Shown here: in pieces, positions 20,615 through 29,549 of the stretch
How the letters are laid out: each line of letters begins with the position of its first letter
Position numbering within the stretch: position 1 is the first letter of the stretch
Source: an uncultured Chlamydiae bacterium
Lineage (GTDB): Bacteria; Chlamydiota; Chlamydiia; Chlamydiales; SM23-39
DNA length: 64,000 nt
Assembly: GCA_963730605.1 (NCBI GenBank)
Contig: CAVSSM010000011.1
Span: 67,928-131,927 of the forward strand
Direction of reading: 5' to 3'
Made by a program: the position numbers and the translations under genes
Notes under the pieces: model-generated
Database searches by the model: none
Told to the model about the DNA's origin: nothing
Seen by the model: only the letters and a program-made list of their open reading frames with translations

Positions 20615-21462
20615 TGAAAGAAATCACTCCGGATATGATCAAAGAACTTCGCGAGAGGACTGGCGTCGGCATGGGCAAATGCAAAGAGGCTCTTGTCCTA
20701 TCGGAAGGCGATATGGAAAAAGCGATCGACCATCTCCGTAAAGCGGGCATGGCCGCCGGCGTCAAGAAAGAGGGGCGAGAGACGAAAGAAGGTCTGATTT
20801 TGACCGGTGAAGACAAACACAGTTTAGTTCTTGCCGAAGCGAATGCGGAGACCGATTTCGTCGCTCAGAACGATCGCTTCAAGCATTTTCTCCACGATGT
20901 CGTCAAACAAGCTTTGGAAGCGAAGCCGAAATCGCTGGAGGATCTGATCCGGCAGCCCTACTATAAGGACCGCTCTATCACGATCGATCAATACCGGAAC
21001 TTGATCATCCAGGCCCTCGGCGAGAACATTCAGCTTCGCCGAGTCGAAGTGATCCATAGGCATCCCAATAGCTCTTACGGCATCTATTCTCACATGGGCG
21101 GTAAGCTAGTCGTAGTCGTAGAAATAGAAGGCGCGGCGGATCAGGAAGGGATTGCGAAAGAAATCGCGATGCATGTCGCAGCCGAGAACCCCGATTTTCT
21201 CAAGCCTGAAGAAATTCCCGCCCACGTCCTTGCAAGGGAGGAGGAGATTGCCCGCGCGTCGGTCCAAGGCAAGCCTGCGAATATTGTCGACAAGATCGTG
21301 GCCGGGAAGATCAAGGCTTTTACCGATCAGGCCTGTCTGATTCATCAGAAATATGTGAAAGACAATTCTGTAACGGTGCAGCAGTTTCTAGAACTTTGCG
21401 CAAAGAAGATCGGCAAGCCTCTATCGATCCGATGTTTTTGGCGCTGGAAAGTCGGTCAGTGA
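20611..21462 (+). CDS. tsf: Elongation factor Ts
   Basis: KELRERTGVGMGKCKEAL, ETDFVA, IAMHVAA. Confidence 0.97.
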   Translation: MMKEITPDMIKELRERTGVGMGKCKEALVLSEGDMEKAIDHLRKAGMAAGVKKEGRETKEGLILTGEDKHSLVLAEANAETDFVAQNDRFKHFLHDVVKQALEAKPKSLEDLIRQPYYKDRSITIDQYRNLIIQALGENIQLRRVEVIHRHPNSSYGIYSHMGGKLVVVVEIEGAADQEGIAKEIAMHVAAENPDFLKPEEIPAHVLAREEEIARASVQGKPANIVDKIVAGKIKAFTDQACLIHQKYVKDNSVTVQQFLELCAKKIGKPLSIRCFWRWKVGQ

Positions 21463-21492
21463 AGAACGTCGCCTATACTTTCGAAGTGGATT

Positions 21493-22200
21493 GTGTATAA
21501 GAGAATTTTGCTCAAACTTTCGGGCGAAGCTCTTATGGGCGAGCATAAATTCGGCGTCGATCCCGTCGCCTGCGAAAAAATCGCTGCCCAAGTCAAAGAA
21601 CTTTGCGTCCTCGGCGTCCAAGTCGGTGTTGTCATCGGCGGGGGGAATATTTTTCGCGGGGCCGAGGCTGTAAAGTCTGGGATGGGACGGACGCCTGCGG
21701 ACCACATCGGGATGCTTGCGACTTTGATCAACGGCATCGCCCTTCAGCAATCGTTTGAGAAGGTTCATTGCGAAAGCCGCATCATGAGCGCCATTGCCTG
21801 TGATGTGATGGCCGAATCGTACTCGTGGAAAGACGCCCTCAAATACCTTGACAAGGGGATTGTTTTGATTTTTGTCGGCGGCACTGGCAACCCCTATTTT
21901 ACCACCGATTCTGCCGCAGCGCTCCGAGCTCTTGAGATCAATGCCCAGATCCTTTTGAAGGCGACAAAAGTCGATGGGATTTACGACAAAGATCCCCATA
22001 AATATCCGGATGCAGTAAAATTCAAGCGGGTCAGTTATTCCGAAGTATTGGCAAACCAGCTTCAGGTTATGGATCCTACGGCGATCGCCCTTTGCCGAGA
22101 AAACCGGACTCCGATCCGTGTTTTCAATGTCTTTGGCCCACATGCTTTGAAGAGGGCTGTTTGCGATGAAGGGGTAGGAACTCTTGTGGAGGGAGGATGA
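21493..22200 (+). CDS. pyrH: UMP kinase
   Basis: LLKLSGEAL, GGGNIFRG, GNPYFTTDSAAALRA. Confidence 0.97.
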   Translation: MYKRILLKLSGEALMGEHKFGVDPVACEKIAAQVKELCVLGVQVGVVIGGGNIFRGAEAVKSGMGRTPADHIGMLATLINGIALQQSFEKVHCESRIMSAIACDVMAESYSWKDALKYLDKGIVLIFVGGTGNPYFTTDSAAALRALEINAQILLKATKVDGIYDKDPHKYPDAVKFKRVSYSEVLANQLQVMDPTAIALCRENRTPIRVFNVFGPHALKRAVCDEGVGTLVEGG

Positions 22201-22751
22201 GCAGCGTAGAGAATCAAGTCAAAGCGGCTATGCAGGCAGCGCTTGAACATTTAAAAGCAGAACTGAAAACGTTGCGCACCGGCCGTGCCAATGCGGCGAT
22301 GCTCGACCGGGTCCAAGTGGAAGTATACGGCTCCCACGTGCCGATCAAATCTCTTGGCAGCATCACCGTGCCGGAGGCCAGGCAAATCGTCGTGACCCCC
22401 TTCGATCCGAGCAACATCAATGCGATTGCCAAGGCGGTCGAAGCCGCCAACCTGGGCGTTCACCCCATAGCCGATGGGCGGGTGGTTCGCATTCCGATTC
22501 CTCCGCCTGATGAAAATCTCCGAAAGCAAATTGCGAAGCAGTGCCGCGAATTTGGGGAGAAGTCGAAGGTCGCGATGAGGGAGGTGCGCCGCAAATTCAA
22601 CGAGCTTGTGCGCAAGCAAAAGGCCGATGGCGCGATCCCTGAAGACCAGATGAAGAAGTACGAGAAGCATATCCAAGAGCAGACCGATAAGTACTGCAGG
22701 GACATCGACGCTGCCTGCGCCGAGAAAGAAAAGGAAATCATGACAATCTAG
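22197..22751 (+). CDS. frr: Ribosome recycling factor
   Basis: LRTGRAN, VEVYGS, EKEKEIM. Confidence 0.96.
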   Translation: MSSVENQVKAAMQAALEHLKAELKTLRTGRANAAMLDRVQVEVYGSHVPIKSLGSITVPEARQIVVTPFDPSNINAIAKAVEAANLGVHPIADGRVVRIPIPPPDENLRKQIAKQCREFGEKSKVAMREVRRKFNELVRKQKADGAIPEDQMKKYEKHIQEQTDKYCRDIDAACAEKEKEIMTI

Positions 22752-22825
22752 TATCCCGGCTTCGCAGTAGGTTCTTGTACAAAATGAGAGAGATAGGCTA
22801 AAATAGGTCACGTTTTTCGCTGTCT

Positions 22826-22900
22826 GGCCCCGTCGTCTAGCCCGGTCTAGGACACCGGATTTTCATTCCGATAACACGGGTTCGAATCCCGTCGGGGTCA
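22826..22900 (+). tRNA. tRNA-Glu (TTC)
   Basis: GGCCCCG/CGGGGTC acceptor stem, anticodon TTC, GGTTCGAATCC. Confidence 0.95.
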
Positions 22901-22904
22901 TTTC

Positions 22905-22976
22905 GAGACTTTAGCTCAGTGGTAGAGCATCTCACTTTTAATGAGAGGGTCGATGGTTCGAATCCATCAAGTCTCA
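22905..22976 (+). tRNA. tRNA-Lys (TTT), island integration site
   Basis: GAGACTT/AAGTCTC acceptor stem, CTTTTAA anticodon loop, GGTTCGAATCC. Confidence 0.95.
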
Positions 22977-22979
22977 TCT
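22935..22979 (+). repeat. att core, left copy (45 bp)
   Basis: CTTTTAATGAGAGGGTCGATGGTTCGAATCCATCAAGTCTCATCT, identical at 29278-29322. Confidence 0.95.
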
Positions 22980-23136
22980 TCCTATCCAGGTCAACATCAG
23001 CAGCTTATGTAAGTTTTGTCGAAGCCCATCTAGGGCCGAAGGCTAGAAAAAATGGCTGCCGGTGCAATGGCGGTGCAGCGAGAAAAAGTTTTGACGTTGC
23101 CGCGTTCCAATCGCAATCAATATAAAGGTTGGAAAT

Positions 23137-23417
23137 ATGGCATCGATCTATAAACGAAAAAACGACGACGGTACCACTGCTTGGCGCGCTGTCTCCCCAT
23201 CAAAGGGCACCCTTCCGTCTGTAAAAGCTTTGAGCGCAAAGAAGAGGCATTAGACTGGGCCCAAGAGACCGAACGGTCCATCAAACGCGGCCAGTTCAAT
23301 TTCGAGGCCGCTAAACGGCAGCATACCTATTCGGACCTGATCGAACGTCTCCACGCAGATCGGGCGCTCGAACATCAGCGCTCCTTCAAAAACGTCCGGT
23401 CGCAGTTCGATTATTAG
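23137..23417 (+). pseudogene. Tyrosine integrase N-terminal remnant (frameshifted; catalytic domain missing)
   Basis: MASIYKRKNDDGTTAWRAV, frameshift, then IKGHPSVCKSFERKEEALDWAQETE; adjacent to att. Confidence 0.8.
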
Positions 23418-23565
23418 ATTTACGCATGGGTTAGGGAAAGGGATCAAGGCCCGTATCAAATCTCTGGGATGCAGCTGGAACCAACTGCATCACGGATGGC
23501 TTTGTCCTCTCGCTAAACAGGAAGAAGTCCAAAAAATATTTCAATCGGCGGGACTCCAACCCGAG

Positions 23566-25296
23566 ATGCAGGCTTTGTCTCTACCGAAGAGGATGATTGC
23601 AGCAGACCCGAGGATTGCAGGCCGTCAATCCAGGCTCGAAATCCTGGAAGAGCAGATCTACAAAGAAGATGAGCAGCTGCTTAAAGATGTATATCGATAC
23701 GATACTTCCCTCAGGCCGGAAGATTTCGCCCAGCCTCCATGCGAAGAGGGAAAAAGTCGGGAGAGAATCCGAAGCGAAAGGGATTTTCACGGCCAGTGGA
23801 TTGGATTGCAAAAAGCGAGAGAAGCTGCCGAACAAGCGCGAAGCGAACTCTCGCATTTAAACACAGACCAGGGCGAAAAGATATTCGATTCCGATGCGCC
23901 TCTTTTGATCGCCGATGCCTTGATCAAAGATCAGTTTCTATGGGAAGAAAAACACAGGACCCTCCATTACTGCTCGGATTTATTTTGGCGATGGGACGGG
24001 GTGAGATATGTCGAATTGAGCGAAGGCGGAATGCGACAGAGAATTTACGGTTTTTTAAGGGATGCCAAAGACATAAGCGGTGGAAATTTGGAAAATTTCA
24101 ATCCCACCAAATTTAAAGTGGACCAGATCGTCGATGCTCTTCGCGCGGTCTGCCATCACGACCACCATCCGTCCAGCGGAGAGATTTGGCTGGATGATCG
24201 TGAAGGTCCCGATCCTCAATATCTCATCTCATTCCGCAACGGCCTGCTCAACGTGAAGGATTGGCTCGAAAATCCCCACGTCTCTCTCATGCCGCATACG
24301 CCGTTATTGATGAACGTAAACTCCCTGACATTCGATTACGACCCCAGAGCCGCGGAGCCGCAAGAGTGGCTGCGATTTCTGGAATCAATCTGGCCTGGAG
24401 ATCCGGAAAGCCAAGGAACCCTTCAAGAATGGACGGGTTATTTTCTCATACACGATACTCGCCTCCATAAAATTCTTCTCATCATAGGACCGCCAAGAAG
24501 CGGAAAAGGAACCATCGGACGCTGCCTGATGGAACTGCTGGGCTCCTTCAATGTGATCGGACCTACGCTTTCCAGTCTTGCCGGAGATTTTGGCCTTCAG
24601 CCTTTCTTGAATAAAATGCTCGCTCTGATCTCAGACGCCCGTTTGAGCAGCAGAGGAAACAATAGCGTGATCATCGAAAGGCTTCTCAGCATCAGCGGCG
24701 AAGATCCTCTGACCATCAATCGCAAATTCCTTCCGCCTCTGACGGTTCAGCTGCCTACCCGGATCATGATGATGAGCAACGAAATCCCGGATATGCGGGA
24801 CGCAAGCGGAGCCCTCGCGAAACGATATAGAGTATTGACGCTGACGAAAAGCTGGCTCGGCAAAGAAGATACAGCCCTTCTTGGCCGGCTCCGCGCAGAG
24901 CTGCCAGGCATTTTACTATGGGCCCTGCAAGGACTCGCCCGATTGCAGGCAAGGGGGAAATTCATCCAGCCCGCATCATCCGCCCAAACCATCGAAGAAC
25001 TCGAAGCCATGACCAGCCCGATCAAGGCTTTCATTGCCGAAAGATGCGAATTCAAACCGCAGGCGATGGTTTCCGTGGCTGCTCTATTCGCAACTTGGCA
25101 GTCTTGGTGCGAGGTCACAGGTTATCCTCATGCCGGGAATGTGCAATCTTTTGGCAAAAACCTTCGAGCGGCCTTTCCTGAAATCGAGACGACCAGGCCG
25201 CAGGAAGATCAAACCAGGGAGAGGTGTTACAAGGGCATCAGTCTTGGCGCCACCCCTAATCCGTCCACGGACGTCCGCGGACCAAGATGGGAATGA
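23566..25296 (+). CDS. Phage/plasmid P4-family (D5-like) SF3 helicase-primase, probably N-terminally truncated
   Basis: FWRWDG, ISFRNGLL, Walker A GPPRSGKGT, ISGEDPLTINRK, C-terminal winged helix. Confidence 0.88.
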   Translation: MQALSLPKRMIAADPRIAGRQSRLEILEEQIYKEDEQLLKDVYRYDTSLRPEDFAQPPCEEGKSRERIRSERDFHGQWIGLQKAREAAEQARSELSHLNTDQGEKIFDSDAPLLIADALIKDQFLWEEKHRTLHYCSDLFWRWDGVRYVELSEGGMRQRIYGFLRDAKDISGGNLENFNPTKFKVDQIVDALRAVCHHDHHPSSGEIWLDDREGPDPQYLISFRNGLLNVKDWLENPHVSLMPHTPLLMNVNSLTFDYDPRAAEPQEWLRFLESIWPGDPESQGTLQEWTGYFLIHDTRLHKILLIIGPPRSGKGTIGRCLMELLGSFNVIGPTLSSLAGDFGLQPFLNKMLALISDARLSSRGNNSVIIERLLSISGEDPLTINRKFLPPLTVQLPTRIMMMSNEIPDMRDASGALAKRYRVLTLTKSWLGKEDTALLGRLRAELPGILLWALQGLARLQARGKFIQPASSAQTIEELEAMTSPIKAFIAERCEFKPQAMVSVAALFATWQSWCEVTGYPHAGNVQSFGKNLRAAFPEIETTRPQEDQTRERCYKGISLGATPNPSTDVRGPRWE

Positions 25297-25379
25297 CCCC
25301 ATGGAAAATGAAGAGATAGCCGTGCAGCATGGCTTAGCTTCCTGATTATTAATTTCTTGAGACAAAAATTTTGCTTTCC

Positions 25380-25397
25380 TGTAATCTATATGTTACA
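25380..25397. promoter_or_regulatory. Putative TA operator palindrome
   Basis: TGTAA-TCTATATG-TTACA immediately upstream of the toxin gene. Confidence 0.5.
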
Positions 25398-25410
25398 ATT
25401 GAGGTAGAGA

Positions 25411-25746
25411 ATGGAATATACCCTGAAGGTCTATGAGACTCCTAATGGAGCGCAGCCGCTGATGGACTGGCTCCGTGAACTGAGAGACCAAAAAGCGCGC
25501 ACAGCCATTCGGATGCGATTAGACCGCATGCAGCTCGGAAACTTTGGACATTGCGAACCGGTCGGCGAAGGGGTGAGCGAGATGAAAGTAGACCTGGGGC
25601 CGGGATATAGGGTGTATTTTGGAATGATCGGACGCACCATTGTTCTTCTCCTGTGCGGAGGAGACAAGAAAAGCCAAGATAAAGATATCCGGCGCGCGCT
25701 GGACTTTTTTAGAGATCATAAGCAGCGGGAGAAGGCAGATGGTTAA
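25411..25746 (+). CDS. RelE/ParE-superfamily addiction-module toxin (HigB-like)
   Basis: RLDRMQLGNFGHCEPVGEGVSEMKVDLGPGYRVYF, LLLCGGDKKSQDKDI. Confidence 0.92.
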   Translation: MEYTLKVYETPNGAQPLMDWLRELRDQKARTAIRMRLDRMQLGNFGHCEPVGEGVSEMKVDLGPGYRVYFGMIGRTIVLLLCGGDKKSQDKDIRRALDFFRDHKQREKADG

Positions 25747-26040
25747 ATACAGAGACTACAAAGAAGAGCTGATCGATGATCTGAAAGATCACGATGAAGC
25801 GGTTGCTTATCTTAATGCTGCATGGGAAGAGAGCTTAAAAGGGGATGAAGAATCTCAACAGCTCTTTCTTCTTGCGCTTCGCAACGTTGCTGAGGCCCAG
25901 GGAGGGCTGGGAAACTCGCCCGAAGGGTGCGTATTCGGAGGGAACAACTGTATCGTATCCTTTCGCGAAGAGGCAACCCAGGTCTGAGGATTGTCAGATC
26001 TCTGCTCATTGCCCTGGGCTTTAATCTAAAATTCGTCTAG
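25739..26040 (+). CDS. Addiction-module antitoxin with HTH (HigA-like), frameshifted near 25910
   Basis: EAVAYLNAA, LLALRNVAEAQGG, then in a shifted frame KLARRVRIRREQLYRILSRRGNP. Confidence 0.82.
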
Positions 26041-26301
26041 CAATTTGCTTGCTCGCCTAGTGGCCGCTTCTGGAAGAGCATCTTACCGGTTATTTATGAT
26101 CAAGATCTTGTTCTTAGGCGTCCGTTCAAATTTAAAAGTCTGATTTTCAGTCCATTCGATTTGTGACTGAATTGTGACTGCTGACTTCCCTTCGCTTGAA
26201 TTCTATCTGTTGGTTTGTGTTGGATTTTATAAATTAACTTAAAATTATTTTAATGTGTTATTAATTGAAATTATCCTGAAAATTTATGTGATCGAATAAA
26301 C

Positions 26302-26787
26302 ATGTCAGCGCCAAAAGGCCACAAACTATACAACGGATACGAAAAAGGCGGCGACCTCGGCGGCCGGCCCGAAAAGTATACTCAAGAGAAAATCGAGCAG
26401 GAAGCCGGTGCCTTTCTCGAATGGATGGCTCGTCCCGACAGCATCTGGTACAAAGATTTTGCGCTCGAAAGAGGCTATTCCGCCGAATATCTCTCCATCT
26501 GGGCCAAATCGAACAAAAGGTTTTCTCAAGTTTATGAGAGAGCCAAGGAATGGCAGCAATCCAAGCTCGTCAAGGGCGGTCTTCTCAATCAATTCAATGC
26601 GGGATTCACGAAATTCGTGATGTCCAACACGTGCGGTTGGACTGACAGGCAGCAAATCTCCGGGGACGCCGCTAATCCCCTTTCCCTTCTATTGCAAAAA
26701 GTAGACGGCGGCACGAAGGATCTCGTCGATGGCCATAAGGATGAGAAGCTTTGTCTTGGGTCGAAAAGCCTTCCGAACCTCTGCTAA
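26302..26787 (+). CDS. Terminase small subunit-like DNA packaging protein; C-terminus runs into an inverted remnant
   Basis: MSAPKG..GGRPEKYT, FTKFVMSNTCGWTDRQQISGD..NPL pattern. Confidence 0.7.
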   Translation: MSAPKGHKLYNGYEKGGDLGGRPEKYTQEKIEQEAGAFLEWMARPDSIWYKDFALERGYSAEYLSIWAKSNKRFSQVYERAKEWQQSKLVKGGLLNQFNAGFTKFVMSNTCGWTDRQQISGDAANPLSLLLQKVDGGTKDLVDGHKDEKLCLGSKSLPNLC

Positions 26788-27193
26788 ATCGAGTTTCCAT
26801 TGATGCGGGTCTTTCAGTTGAATCTTAGTGACTTCCGCTCCAAATGCATTCGGTAAAGAGGCTAGCGATTGATAGCATGGATCAATCACAATGACATGAT
26901 CACCCGGCTCAATCACAACTCTCATCGTACAGTAAATCCCTTCCTTTGCCCCAGCAAAGGTCAGAACTCAGAGAAGAGTACAACCGTACCACCTCTTGGC
27001 GAAGCAGCGGGTGTCCTGGCGATTCGGTGTAACCCAAAGCAAGAGATCGCCAAAGTTTTTTAGAATCTGGATCAGCCAAGGCAAGGAGCTCCTCGAGAGT
27101 CCAAGTTTCAGCATCTGAACAACAAAGTAGGTATGGAGCTGTAAATTCATATTTCTTCCAGAATTCTTCCAATTTGAAGGGAGGGATATTCAT
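26738..27193 (-). pseudogene. Aminotransferase class I/II remnant (internal deletion, 3'-truncated)
   Basis: PFKLEEFWKKYEF, LGYTESPGHPLLR, EPGDHVIVIDPCYQSL, RPKTKLLIL, then an abrupt end. Confidence 0.75.
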
Positions 27194-27792
27194 GATTTTT
27201 CCTTGAGGTAGTTATATACAGTAGCTCGAGAGATTTGTAGAACATCTGCAACATATGTGGCTGCATTCTTTGTCTCAAAGGCTCCTTGTTTCCAAAGCGC
27301 AAGGATTAGTTTTCGCTTTTCGGCTCGATCAAGAGATCTTAGACACAGCCCCTGCTCTTTGAGGGTGTTCGATACATATACATTAATTTGCTCTCTCCAG
27401 TCATTTTTGAATAAGAAATCGGGCTTCTCTACTTTAGATTCGATGAGATCGAGAATGAAGTGGAGCATGTGCTCCCACTTAGAAATGTCAAGATTGATGC
27501 ACATTAGGCCGATCGGATGCCCAGCTCGACTTCTCAATACGACGGAAACCGATTTCATCCTCGTCCCATCCCAGTTGACCTTGAAATAGGGGGGAAAGAC
27601 ATTTTGAGTGACCGAGAGTTTTTCCATTTCATCGAGCAGCGACTCGTCTCCAATTTTTCGTTTCGATAGATTGTTGAAAACGGCCGCAACGCACTTTGTT
27701 TTAAAATCGTGAATGACCACCTCTATGTGCGGAGAAAGAAGAAGACTGATTGCTTCAGCTATGGGTTTGTACTGGTCAAGCTCATGGGACAT
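27190..27792 (-). CDS. YheO/DauR-like PAS-HTH transcriptional regulator
   Basis: HIEVVIHDF, GLMCINLD, GAFETKNAA..VADVLQISRATVYNYL; ATG of MSHELDQY. Confidence 0.85.
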   Translation of the reverse strand: MSHELDQYKPIAEAISLLLSPHIEVVIHDFKTKCVAAVFNNLSKRKIGDESLLDEMEKLSVTQNVFPPYFKVNWDGTRMKSVSVVLRSRAGHPIGLMCINLDISKWEHMLHFILDLIESKVEKPDFLFKNDWREQINVYVSNTLKEQGLCLRSLDRAEKRKLILALWKQGAFETKNAATYVADVLQISRATVYNYLKEKS

Positions 27793-27996
27793 ACATGCTC
27801 TTTTTATAGACAATATAGTCCATTTAAGACTTTCTTGTCTAATAAATAAATGGCAAACAAAAGATTTGTCAAAAACTGCAGTCCGTAACACGCAAGTGTA
27901 AAAATTTAATTTTCTTTGTAAATTATTATATTGTTAATATGTTTTATTTAATTTTGATTGAAATCATAAATGAGATAAAATACTTCCGTTAGATGG

Positions 27997-28698
27997 TTGG
28001 TATGTATGGTTTTTGTAAAAGCTCAAGTGGGGCCTCCGAATTGCGGGGAGCCTGACGATATGTTTACCGTTCAATACTTTGATGAGCAGGGCAATATGAC
28101 GATTCGCGGAGGAGGCACAAGAGCTTGGAGATGCAATAATCCTGGGAACCTTCTTGCTAGCCGCTACAGCACTGGAGTAAAGCGACGATCGATTGGCACG
28201 GCAGGAGATGGAAAGAATGAATATGCGGTTTACCCGGATTATGAAACGGGTCATGAAGCATTGGTCGTGATGTTGAAAGGAGGGGTGTACTCTCCTTTGA
28301 CGTTACGAGAGGCCATGAAAAGATACGACTCAACCAATCCCCATTATATCGACACGATCGTATCGAAAACAGGATTTGATTCTGAGCGAAAGGTAAAATC
28401 CCTAAACGATAAAGAATTTGAGAAATTTTGGTGGGCAATCGAAGATACGGAAAAATGGAAAGTCGGGAAGGAAGATTTTATCCCTAAATGCTATATCACC
28501 GGTGTGCGTCTAAAACGGGGCGTGATCGATGAATATCGCATTCATCAAAATGGAAAGGACATCTGGTTGTCTAAACAAGAAGCGATTGCTCTTGCTCAAC
28601 AATGGAGGCTTCATGCTATTTTGGTTCATTCTTCCAATGGAAGGTTGTATTTGAGGCCCGAATATCATGAGAAGCCTTTTTACCAGATGGCTTGCTAG
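27997..28698 (+). CDS. NNPGNL-motif lysozyme-like/virion-type protein with DUF3892-like C-terminus
   Basis: GGTRAWRCNNPGNL, YAVYPDYETG, LREAMKRY; C-terminal ITGVR..LSKQEAIALA..GRLYLRP. Confidence 0.6.
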   Translation: MVCMVFVKAQVGPPNCGEPDDMFTVQYFDEQGNMTIRGGGTRAWRCNNPGNLLASRYSTGVKRRSIGTAGDGKNEYAVYPDYETGHEALVVMLKGGVYSPLTLREAMKRYDSTNPHYIDTIVSKTGFDSERKVKSLNDKEFEKFWWAIEDTEKWKVGKEDFIPKCYITGVRLKRGVIDEYRIHQNGKDIWLSKQEAIALAQQWRLHAILVHSSNGRLYLRPEYHEKPFYQMAC

Positions 28699-29134
28699 TT
28701 TTCTCCTATATTTCTCCTGTCCCGCTTTCCTGTTTTGCGAAGAAGATTGGTGGTGGGAGGGTGATACCTCATTGATTTTACCAGTAGAGGAACCTGAGCG
28801 TCTAGTCTCGATGACAGGAGAGCTGGCTCTGCGAATAGAGAATAGAGATCCAGAAAACCCAGAACTTGGAACTATAGACCATTGGGTTATAAAAATGACC
28901 CCGGAATCATTTGAGATCGTCTGTAGCACCCCTGTGCACGCGGCTTTCCATTCGCCCGACTCCATTCGAGAGAGCTTCAGGTGTCATGAATTAAAGCTGA
29001 CAGGTGATTTTGACAGAAATTGGCTGTGCGAACATCTTGGTCAAACCGTGACGTTTTCGGGTTATCTGTGGCATGCCCATACACATCATCATTACACTCC
29101 CGTGATGATGGATACCGCCCCCTGGGTTAAATAA
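28667..29134 (+). CDS. Secreted DUF4431-like protein
   Basis: N-terminal signal peptide; LGQTVTFSGYLWHAHTHHHYTPVMM. Confidence 0.6.
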   Translation: MRSLFTRWLASFLLYFSCPAFLFCEEDWWWEGDTSLILPVEEPERLVSMTGELALRIENRDPENPELGTIDHWVIKMTPESFEIVCSTPVHAAFHSPDSIRESFRCHELKLTGDFDRNWLCEHLGQTVTFSGYLWHAHTHHHYTPVMMDTAPWVK

Positions 29135-29277
29135 CTTTCACGGTGCAATGGCGGTGCACCGAGTTGCCTACTGCACCGTCAAAAAACCGTAAAATCCCGT
29201 TGCATCCATCAAGAAAGTCTTTTATAATCATGCTCATAACGATTGGAAGGAACTGGATAGAGTGGATTTCACCCTCC

Positions 29278-29322
29278 CTTTTAATGAGAGGGTCGATGGT
29301 TCGAATCCATCAAGTCTCATCT
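29278..29322 (+). repeat. att core, right copy (tRNA-Lys 3' fragment)
   Basis: Identical to 22935-22979. Confidence 0.95.
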
Positions 29323-29549
29323 ATTTATCTTGCGCATGCAAATGTCGCACCATACAACAATGAGAAAATCCTGCCTGGCGCGAGTCGGGGTGGCAGCCCT
29401 CGACGAAGAACCCACATTTCAGTGGCTTTGTTAACTTTACGAACAATTGATATCTAGCTGATCTACAAGGACTTAATATTATTCAGTATAACATTATTTT
29501 GCAAAACATCATGTTTTGCTACATAATAATTAGCAAGAAGGGGGTCTCG

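Larger units (their letters stand above)
22980..29322. mobile_element. Decayed integrative element (phage satellite/PICI-like) at tRNA-Lys, about 6.3 kb
   Basis: 45-bp direct repeat of the tRNA 3' half, integrase remnant, primase-helicase, TA pair, small terminase. Confidence 0.88.

Noticed and set aside
26161..26180. TTGTGACTG direct repeat upstream of terS
   Set aside because: Only two short copies with no partner found; function cannot be supported
29143..29457. 104-aa ORF, or a second tRNA-Lys
   Set aside because: It spans the arm motif and the att repeat; only the 3' half of the tRNA is present
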